Shown here piece after piece: positions 19,978 through 30,600 of a stretch of 64,000 bases of DNA (the stretch's first letter is position 1; each line of letters opens with the position of its first letter). Both the position numbers and the translations under genes were made by a program. The notes beneath the pieces are model-generated. The model was not told the origin of the DNA, made no database searches, and worked only from the letters and a program-made list of their open reading frames with translations. The DNA lies in NCBI GenBank assembly GCA_000165345.1, contig CM000436.1, forward strand, positions 672,001 to 736,000, given 5' to 3'.

Positions 19978-20706
19978 ATGCAATCTATAACGCATAGATT
20001 AGCAGACCAATTCAGAAGTGTGGTGGGAAACTTTATCCCAATTGACTGTTCCAACTCCAAATTTGAATCTGATGGATTTCTAACTCCTAAAGAATTTGTT
20101 GATTCTGGGGACTATTTGATTCTTCAATTCCCGAACTGGTTTTGGAGAAGCGCTTCTGAAGAATATATTGTGAGGTGGCTTCCTCAAAATAAGCAATATC
20201 TGCATATAGATAACGTACCATGTAGAAAGAGACTTGACTCTTCTAAACTTTGTATTTCAAAAAACTGTCTCGATATTACATCAGATAGTAAAGGAGATGA
20301 ATGGATTTTACCCACAAACGAAAATGTAGAAAAGCTCGGTAACATCAATATAAATGATGATGTCAGATATTATGACATTAGTGTTACATATGACAAATTC
20401 TTTCAAACCCCAAGAATATGGCTTTTTGGATACAATAAGGAGGGATATCCTTTAAGTACTGAGGAAATGGTTGAAGATATCATTAGCGATTACGCAACTA
20501 AAACAATCACACTAGATCCCCATCCATTTACGGGAATATTATGTGTGTCTATTCACCCTTGTAACCACTCAAGCTTGCTTAAAAAAATGGCCAAGAACCA
20601 TCCGCCGCACCTTTCAATAGTTATATTACTGAAATTCATTACTACTGTTATTCCATCAATTGAGTTAGACAATACAATAGATATCGATATTAAGTTTGAT
20701 ACATAG
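19978..20706 (+). CDS. ATG3: Autophagy E2-like enzyme ATG3
   Basis: The N-terminus SKFESDGFLTPKEFVDSGDYLILQFPNWFW, then RYYDISVTYDKFFQTPRIWLFGYNKEGYPLSTEEMVEDIISDYATKTITLDPHP, the catalytic HPC motif SIHPCNHS (Cys codon at 20560-20562) and LLKFITTVIPSIELD all align closely with ATG3 as recalled from yeast and human. Confidence 0.9.
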   Translation: MQSITHRLADQFRSVVGNFIPIDCSNSKFESDGFLTPKEFVDSGDYLILQFPNWFWRSASEEYIVRWLPQNKQYLHIDNVPCRKRLDSSKLCISKNCLDITSDSKGDEWILPTNENVEKLGNININDDVRYYDISVTYDKFFQTPRIWLFGYNKEGYPLSTEEMVEDIISDYATKTITLDPHPFTGILCVSIHPCNHSSLLKKMAKNHPPHLSIVILLKFITTVIPSIELDNTIDIDIKFDT

Positions 20707-20733
20707 TTTATTCTTTAAACTTCAATTATTTCT

Positions 20734-21348
20734 CTAGTCTAATAAATTCTGTATACCTTCTTGAACTTCAGACTTAACTGCAGAATCACACTGAATCTGA
20801 TCAAGAACTTCTTGGTCTCTTTTTAAAAACTTCTTAACTACCAGAAAGTTGCATCCTGCAATCGGACAGATTTTTTTTTTGCTACTACCCAAATACTTAA
20901 GAAGGGCGTCCTTCTCGTAAATATGATTTTTGCACATATTCTCAACCTTTTCTGATGTGTCATATCTGTGTGATACAGGGTCCTTGAAAACATCTCTAGT
21001 CAAGCAACATACTTTAGGAAGAACTTTTCTTGATACTACAGAAACCTGGTCTTTTTCTTTATTTCTTCGTGTATTGCATGTTAACTCTAATCGTGCCATC
21101 AACATTTCTTTGAAATATTCAAACTCCGCACTCGGGGAATTAAAATTCTCAAATTGCTGATCATTTTCTCCATATAAAACACTTTTGATCCACAACTTCA
21201 TTCTTTCAAAGCTTACAAACAACTCATATAATTTTTTTCTTTCATCTTGACTCAAGTTTTCACCCAGCTTATATTTCTCTGATAATGAATCGTATTTTAT
21301 TGAAAGCCCATTCAAGCTATTCAAATAATTCCTAAGAATATCGTCCAT
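20734..21348 (-). CDS. NSE2: SP-RING SUMO E3 ligase, NSE2/MMS21-like (SMC5/6 complex)
   Basis: The C-terminal region (nt ~20854-21039) reads CCLTRDVFKDPVSHRYDTSEKVENMCKNHIYEKDALLKYLGSSKKKICPIAGCNFLV. This fits the SP-RING pattern C-x-[LI]-T...P...C-x-H...(I/Y)...CP-x-x-GC. The size (204 aa) and helical N-terminus also fit NSE2. Confidence 0.7.
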   Translation of the reverse strand: MDDILRNYLNSLNGLSIKYDSLSEKYKLGENLSQDERKKLYELFVSFERMKLWIKSVLYGENDQQFENFNSPSAEFEYFKEMLMARLELTCNTRRNKEKDQVSVVSRKVLPKVCCLTRDVFKDPVSHRYDTSEKVENMCKNHIYEKDALLKYLGSSKKKICPIAGCNFLVVKKFLKRDQEVLDQIQCDSAVKSEVQEGIQNLLD

Positions 21349-21622
21349 ATTTTTCTTAAAATTTCATTTTAGTAATATTCCTATTCTTAATTTCATGTTC
21401 CCACACAAAATATTTTTTTAGTAAAACTTCCAAATTACCGGCATTAACACGTTTCAATACGTCTCATATACCGGTATGCATGTCACATGCAAGAGTACTA
21501 AACAACTAAAAAAAATATATTTATTACTAAACTTTTTAAACATAAACTTAAATTAATAACTAAAAAATATGATTATATTCTAATAACTCCAAATAAATCA
21601 GGCCAACGCTTATCGATACTTT

Positions 21623-24600
21623 TTATGGTTTAAAAGAAATATAGACTAAATTGGCAAGAGCCTTTGCAAAACGGTGCCTGCTTGGAGACTGAGATTGAGC
21701 CACAAAAGTTGATATTTGCTTGCATATGGCAGCAACTAATGACTCTAATGAAAGCAACTTATCAATTGTTGCCATTAACTCCTCATTATCCAAACAGTTT
21801 GAAAGTTGTTCTCCGCTCAAGTGCTCTTCTAAATGAAAATCCGAATCTAGGTTAGAGTTTGTGCCTGAAATGGCGTCAACCTTAGAAATTTCTTTACATG
21901 CCATAAGCATGAACACTTCAGACGTGTATAAATGTTGAAATAGTTCAGTAGAAATGTATTTAATAAAAGTAGAAGCTAAGATGGCAGAAATTCCTTCTAT
22001 CTCTGCATTAATTTCTTCATTATCCTCTTTGTACTTTTCTAAGCTTTTAAATATGCTAGGATACTTTATATATTCAGAAATTAGCTCCATTTTTTTAATG
22101 TTTATTTGTTGTTCCAAACTTTCAGGCAGTCTATCGTCCTTTGGGATGAAGCTCAAAGAAACCGGCGAATTTAAGTCTTTATTTGTATTTTTAGAAGCGT
22201 CTTCCAAAAAGAACTCATTAGAAGAGTTCATATCCATTCTTTCATGACCAGAAGTATCTACTTTTCTAGATTCGAGCTCTTCAATTGTATTCAAAGAATT
22301 TGAACTCGATAAGTTATGCCCTAGCTTTTTTTTGTTAGAACAATTCTTGATATCCGTTGTTTCTTTGGATAACTCTGGCTCTATAGCTAAATCTGTGGCT
22401 TTTGCAACTTTTCTGGGTCCATCAAAGTCATCTTTTATAGCTCCTAATGCCTTATTATTGTTCCATAGAGTATTAAACCTAGATAAAGCTGTCTTTGCGA
22501 AAGTTGGAATTGAAATCATCCCAGAATTTGGAGAGTAGTTGCTAAATGAAAAGTGGTTACTTTGCGAATCAGAATACGGAGAAGAGTTTAAATCTGAAGT
22601 TTCAATATCTTTGTTTAGGAAGCTCTTTTGTCCCAAGACTCCAATCCCAACATTTGAGTCAAAGTAATCATTTACCATCTCGCCAAAAATGTTCCTATTA
22701 AACAGTAAATGCTGAGTCTCTGCCTCCTTTCTTATTCTATCCAGCTCCTTTGGAATTGTTGAAAAAGCTGTTTCTGTTATTTCCCAAACTTCCTTTGGGA
22801 AATAATAACGGCATTTATTCAAATACATATGGCAATCATCTATTTTTCTTCCTAGTTCCTTTAGAGTTAACTTGCTTAGTTTTGTTCCAAATCCTGTGAA
22901 ATCTTTCTCGCTCCTATCATGGCGATCCGAAACAGAAACAATCATATTTTTCCCACTTCCCCTTCTGAAATTTTGGTCAGACCTTTGGTATTCTGGCTTC
23001 AATTTCAAGGATCCATCCCTCAAAATCTCTGAATAAATAATGAAAGGAACTATGCAGTTTAGAAATTGCTGATAACTATTTGTTTCTACTGGATTAAGAA
23101 TAGGCAACAAGTAGTCATTTAATACTTCGCATTCACCTGAATACTTAATCTGGATAAACTTGTTTGAAGGATTGGCTTCACTACTTAAATTCGAATCAGT
23201 GATTCCGTTATGGAATATGTCCATTATTGTGCTAACTCCATCTTTAATTATTGTTTTGGAGATCTTACTATATTTACTTGGTAAAATATATTGATACATA
23301 TCATCGCCAAATAACTCATAAGATAAAGCAATGCTATCAACATTAATTACCTGAATATTATCTGCATTCGGCCTTTCGTCAGTCTGTAACCTACTATCAA
23401 TTCTTCTCAATGAGTCACTACTAGATAACTTTTCTGTATTTATTCCAGAAAGGCTTTTCGAGATCCTGACCTTGTTCATTGATGTGGGGCTCAAATTCGT
23501 GGAGATTGGCGAGCCTATTGAATTTTGATACCCCATTAAAGACAATGAGGAAGAGTTCTGAACAATCAGATCATCAAGAATCATCTTCCTATGGATTTCG
23601 TTAACGACTTTTGACCACTCATGTTCATCCAAAATTATTGACAAAATGAGTTGCACTGACCTCCAAACTGACCTACTCAGCTCTAGAGTAGGACCTTCTA
23701 GCCTAACTAAGAGAGGAATCAAAAGCTTTTTTATGCTAGATCTTAATTGTTCAATTTCTCCCAGAGATGGTTTCATCTTCTCCCAATTCTGCTTTATTAA
23801 AATCAAAATATCTAGCAAAAGGTACATTTTTTGGCTAGTTATATTCATATCCATGTCACTATTTGTGATGAAATCAACAAATATTTCCGGAATTTTATTC
23901 TTACATGTCAGAGCTTTAGAGAGTTCTTCAGATTCAAATACAGCAGTTTGGAAGCTTTCAACTTGTACCTGGCCATCATAAGATTCTCCTTGAGATAAAA
24001 ATAGTAGTTCAATGAATTCTATGTAAAAAGAATCCCCTTCTTCTGTACCAGTTGGAACTCTTTCTTCTTGAACATACTTAAGATATATTGTAGGATGATC
24101 TGGAATAAATTGAAGAGAAAATCCTATACTTATTTTTGAAATTAAGCAAACCAAGTATCTAAGACAAACAAGGCACTCCTTCAAATAATCTGCAAATACT
24201 AATCTATTTCTTGTAGTAATTGGAGTTTCTGTTAAATCAAATTTATCCAAACTCGATTTTCTTCTTCCAAACTCTTCCGGATCAATTTCATTTGAGCTTT
24301 CCCCCCCGCTTAAATCTGTAAATGAATTTGACATAGAATCATTTTCATCAGTATCCTTATTAATTGATTCATCAGAATTTTCTTTTTCATGTTCGCTGAC
24401 TCCTAGTTTAATTCTGTTTCTAAAATCTGCATTATCTTCATCATCAGTTCCATTTCTAGATTTATATTCCTCAAAGGTATCAAAATCTCTAGAGCCATTA
24501 AATTCTTCTCGACTTTCGTTAAGTTCTTGGTAATTTTTTTCTTTCAATCTAAAACCTCTCAGATTTAGATTTCCCCTAGCAGTTTTATTTGTTTCTCTTC

Positions 24601-27600
24601 TAAACAGTGAACTTCCTATCACGTTTGTAAAGCAAATATTTACAAACTTGAGTAGAAAGTCTTTGCTCGGGTATCTTCTTGATTCTAAGCAATACCAAAA
24701 GTACCATTGGAAAAATATAAACCCACTCTTTTTTGAATATGGGTTATTTGAAGTCTTGATAATATTCAAAATGCAATCTAAGAAATCCAAATTATAAATA
24801 TTGTCTGGATTATTCTCGTCAGAAGAGACATGGATTTCCGAGTTCGACTCTTCAGTAGCTTTCTCATAAGGCTTTGTGTATTTCATGAAATCCTTATAGT
24901 AAATGCCTAAAGGAGTTGGGGCAAGTAGAATTAATGCACTCATACTGTAAATTGAATTCACTCTTTTTAAGAAAGGCTTAATAAAAGAGATCATGGATGT
25001 TGTGATGTCTGGGTTATGAATGAATAAATAGCACAAAAGCTTTCCAATAGCATAATCAAATTCGTTTGGCTTTATTAATGATAACTTAAGTTGGTTCGCG
25101 TCAAAGAATGTTAGAATTGCGTCCGAATCATTTAAAGCAAGGAACAATGATCTCAAAGCGTTGCTGCTTTCTAAAGCTCCCATATTGATGTATCCCAATG
25201 TTGAACAGCATCTTAAAAGAATGGTTGAAATAAGCTCTGGAAAATGTCGCTTTGCAAGAATTTTAATTGCTGAATCATTTGTCTGAAGAAGGATATCCAA
25301 AGCAAGAGTACTAGACCGAACATTAATATGTTCACTAGATAATATTGAAAATATTGAAAATGGAAAGAGTAAAGACTTATTTGCCAAAGAGAAGGAACCT
25401 GCTGAAGCAACGCCGCCAGCACTAGCAGCAATCCCCATAGAGAAAGTGCCACTAACTACTATTCCAGTTCCAATAAGATTTGTAACAGAATTATGCGTAG
25501 GAGACATTGCAGTGTTTAAAGGTGCTTGAGTACTAGAGTTAGTGCTTGAAATATTAATATTTGAAGACGAAAGTATTTTAATGCACAATTTCTCATTCAT
25601 CTCAATTATATCCAAGTACTTCTGCTCAGTGTTATTTAGCACGTCCGTAAGGTATCGGAAAGACTCCAACAAAAGGGATTTGTCCTTACCAATATAAGAG
25701 ATGGCTTTTGAGTAGATAGGATCTACTATGCAAATTACATTTATCATATTTTTTAGGCCTCTTACCATCGCTGAGTTTGCTGAGCCTTCTAAAGTATTCG
25801 TATTCGATTTTCCATTTTCCAATGGAATTTCCACTGTTGTCCATTCGCTGCTCAGACCTCCACTGTTATTTGTCAAAGCATCTCCAATGAAATCTCCGCT
25901 CAAAGAGTCATTAGCAACAATATGATTGATATACTTTTGAGGCTGGATACATTTCCTAAATATCTCTGATATAGCTGCCTGGAATTTGAAAGAAACAACA
26001 TTTCTTATGAGCAAATAGACAAAGTGCTGAAGTTCAGAATCTTTAATTGATGATATTTCTTCAAATAAAGATGAGACAATTTTGCAAGCAAATGATTCGC
26101 TTTCTAATATATTCTTGTTTATGGAAAAAAGAACTCTAACAGTCTCCACGCTGGAACGAGCAGTTATCTTATCTGCATCGTGGAATGATGGAAGGATATG
26201 TTGGCACAATGGTCTTAAACAGTACGCTGGAATGCAGCTCGCCAAATTATACAATAAGTCCAGATAAGTGGGCGGAAGAATCAGAGATTGGATATCTGAA
26301 AGTATTTTTTGTTGGTCCCCCGTTGGCTCGCCATTTATTCTTTTTTGATCGTTTTCAGATTCAACTTCCAAGTTATTAGAAAATGAAGCCCAAGACATTC
26401 TGTTATTTGAATACTTAAGGCTATCATCCGCTCCAAAATCAATCACCATTATTTGTGACAAATCAATTTTCTGAGTCCATATACATCTCTTCATACATTC
26501 TTTAATACATTCAAAGGCTATTAAGCGTACATATAGACAGGAATCACATGTTCTACCCAAAACTAGAGCTATACAATGCATCCAAGAAACCCATGTTCCT
26601 TTTGGTGGAACTCCTTCAGAGTTTTTATTATTAAACAAGACAGAATCATTTTCAGGCTTTTGGATGATTTGGGATTGCTGGAATATTTCAACAAGAGGGG
26701 CCTCACACAGCAAGCAATACACAACATGGATGCAAATGCACCTTAATACTGAAGAAGTTGATGTAGCTGCAAGTCCAAGTAGACCCTCAAGAAGATGAGT
26801 TAGTCCTGCCCAAGAAGGCATGTGCGACTTATATATGCTCAGATATAGCCTATCAAGAGATTCAAGTATTTTGAATACTGAAACCTCAGAGCTACTAGAT
26901 GGGACAGAAGAGTCTTCAATAATATTCATCATCTCTTCCAACCTGTATCCTCCATCAATAATATTCAATGAAGGAGTTGGAAGATTGAATGTATCAATAT
27001 TCCTTTTGTAAAATATCGAGAAATCCTCTCTTGTTAAACATCTGAACTGAATCCTAGAAGATACAGTTACCAAAATAGTCAGACAAGAGCTAAGAACCAA
27101 AGGGATATGTTGCGGTAAAAGCGGAGAAGGGAATGATATTAGTGATATAGAAGCATCCAATGCATCTAGCAGAAGCTTATTAAAGACAACCGAATTTGCC
27201 TGGCTGTTTGTATTTCCAGTAGCGGAATTATTGTTACTATTTGATAAATTACCTGAACTAGAGATTAGACCACCACTAGTTCCAGTTGTTGTATTATTTC
27301 CTGTTGTATTTCCGCTTGTTGTATTGACATTTGAATTGTTTCCGGAATTCATTGTGTTAGCAGGGCCTATATTAGCACTCCCAGTAGCTGTGTTGTTTGA
27401 TGTATTAAGGTTAATATTACTCAAGTTCTTGGTTTGACCAGAAGTTCCAAGACTATTGGGGAAAGTATTGGATATTCCAGAAGGCTGTTGAGTTGAAGAT
27501 GATATATTCGAATTAATCTTTGAATCGACAGAAGTAAGTCCGCTTATTTCAGTGGAGCCACTACCCGAAAAAGAGTTAGTTTGTTTAAATGTGTCAGAAA

Positions 27601-30600
27601 GCCTCTTATTTCCATCATGAGAACTTTTTGACAGAGAATTACCATTCTGAATTCCGTTGTAATGGTATCTGGCCAATCCTATTTTAGCTCCGCCTGGTGA
27701 GATTTCAATAGAAGAACAGCTATCTCCAAAAGAACCATTCCTGCTGTTAATCCCCAAGCTATTCTTATTTTTCATATAGCTAAGGTTTGAAATCACATTC
27801 TTTAAGGCAGGGTTTGCAGAGATAGTGCTGCTGCCTAGATTGGGAGACATATCTAAAGATGAGCAGAAAACATCTGAAAAATTAACATTTCCAGAATCTG
27901 AAATCATATGTGGGTTTTCACTTAGAACCGATAAGACAGAAAGAGTCAAATTAAAAGGACCAAACTTTGCATCTTCGCTTTCCGAATATTGATTAGAGCC
28001 ACGTCCTAGCTTTTCTGAAGATGGAATTTCCCCACAAGGAGTATCAAAATCATTTATTGTGTTAATAGTTCCCAAATCTTCATGTGAATACTCCAGACTT
28101 TCAAAACTACCTATGGAAATATCTCTATACTTCACCATGCTTCTAATGTAGGAACCAGAGGGATCTGTGTGAATCCTTTGAGAAGAAATTGAACTAGATG
28201 TGCTGTATGGCATTCCAGATGCAGCCTTGAGCAATAACATAGAGTTTAGGGGAGCAGGTGGGAGTTCGATACTAGCTGAAAATACAATAATGGTGAGCAA
28301 ATATGGGAATATACGATCTCTAAAAGAGCTGAATAGTTCCAAGGAAATGTCTCCACAGTCAAGCCCATAAATACCCTTTTTGAGTTTGGTATTTCCTTCT
28401 CCAGAATGGAATCTACTGAGAACTGAATTAATTCTAGATGACAAAGTAAGCTCTTGATTACTCTCAGAAGAGGACAATGCCTGAAAAGCTACTTGGATTG
28501 CCTTCAATGCGGAGCATTGTAATTGTAATTCTTTCTCCTCCTTTACAGCAGTTTCTAGTACTTGAAGTATTTTTCTTACAGTTTCTGTGGCAGAATTGAA
28601 TAATAGAATTGGTACTTCTCCTATCGAATGACCAAGTGAAAGGATTAGTGTAGATCTGAGTTGTTCTGCTTGTACAACCGCTAATGATTTTCCGAAAAAG
28701 CTAAAAGCCCCAGAGCGCTTGTTCGCTGCATCTGACCTAATTAAATCCAATAGATACTCAGATATATGAACGAAATGGTTCTGGTGACTACTTGCATACC
28801 CAATACCCCTGCCACAGCTTCTTTGCAATATAGTTGAGTTGATTCCAATGGCATGGAAGAAATGTTGAAGATCAGAAAATCGCTTAGAAAGATCTTTGAA
28901 TATTTGAATCTCATTTGAACTTAATAAATCTTTGCTTAGTTCACCGCCGCTTCTACCCTGTGATCCAGCCAAACTCCCTCCAGATGCAGCTGCAACATTA
29001 GTCACGTTAGATTCATTTGAATTAATAATATCAGGAGTTAGTAGTCCATCAAGAATATTTGAAATAAGAGTTTCTCTCAAAAAGTTTAAATTTGTTTCCT
29101 CCGGCTTTTCAGAATCTGAAGATTCATGTGAGCTAATTTCTCTTAATAAAAGCCCTAATAGAGAATACATTCCTGCTCTCTGAAGCTCTGTAGGAGTTTC
29201 AGAACTTTTTTGTAATTTATCAGACCTAATGTCTTTGCAGGCAGAAAACAAAGCTAATAACAGATTGGTCAATGTATCGTTAACAATATCAGAGCTTTTA
29301 ATTCCGGCTTTATGTTCCTTCTCAGCTTCTCCAGTAGATGAATCTGTCTTTTTTGTTAGCAAGTCTTGCCTTTCAACTTGATTTAATGGACTGGATGAAA
29401 CTCCACCACCAGAAATCCCTGAAAATATATAGGAAATGCACTCATCAACAAGTGGAAACCAACAGTCAATATCAATTTTTGACGAGAGGTTAGATATTTC
29501 ACTTGCTTCATGTAATGAATTTGAGAATGTTTGAGCAGAAACGCAATTTTGAGAATCTTTAACTTTTGCGGGAGATATTATTGTGTCAGCTATCTCTATA
29601 AGTGATTGAAGTCGTTGGGAAGGAATACAAGCCCAAATACAGCTTGGAGTGGAAACTACCATTGGAGATATCCATTGAAGGCATTGGAGTGACCAATATG
29701 CGAGTACACCATTATAAATATGAGGATCATGTGCATACATGCAAAGCCAAATAAAAATTTTGAATGGGTCGCTAACTGTTAAATATTTCGTACTTTGAAA
29801 CTTAAATGCTCTGATAAACACCTCCGGTGTTGTCTTTCGATACAGGTTCTGGCAGGATTTAGACAGTGATTCGCAAACGGTAGGCATAGCAGATCCAAGC
29901 TTCAAGTGATTAACAGCGTCAATTAATAATGGCCACAGCAAATCTGGAACTAATGCTGTTAACTCTTCAGATAAAATTAACTGCGCATTACACCTGAGAT
30001 CCCAAAGGCTCGGAGGATAAATCACAGGTATTTTAGTTCCCTCGCACCCCTGAATTGTCTTAAGGTAATCTGCCTTTTGTCTTTGTAAATGTCTTAAGTG
30101 TTCATTCTTAGCTTTTTGTTCAGGAACTGCAAGCAATCTTAGAAAATATGTTAACATTTCTGCTGAAGAAGGGGATGGTGAAATCCAAATATCTTTATTT
30201 CCGCCTTTATTTGTTAAATGAATACCTTCTTGCTCTTCTGATTCATTCGCTCCTTGCTCAGTCTTTGAACTTCCTTTTCCTAAATCTTCAACAATAGAAC
30301 ATTCTGAAGTTGCGCCAATATGCAAAAATCCGTGTTGGGATAGCTCGCAAATTATTCTGCATAATATAAATGCTATCGAATAGTCCAATCCCTGTTCAAG
30401 AGTGGTTCTGGCGAGTCGAAACATAAGGCATCCAAAAGGCGAATTAGAGTTTTCTGCAACTGTAATCTCAGATTCACCGATTCTAGAAACTTTTTCAAAT
30501 GGAATATCTTCAATAACATTACTTAATATGAACATTGTCGAGAGACGATTAGCTGACTTTATATCAATATTTTCAAATAAAAACCTAATTACTGTTTCTC

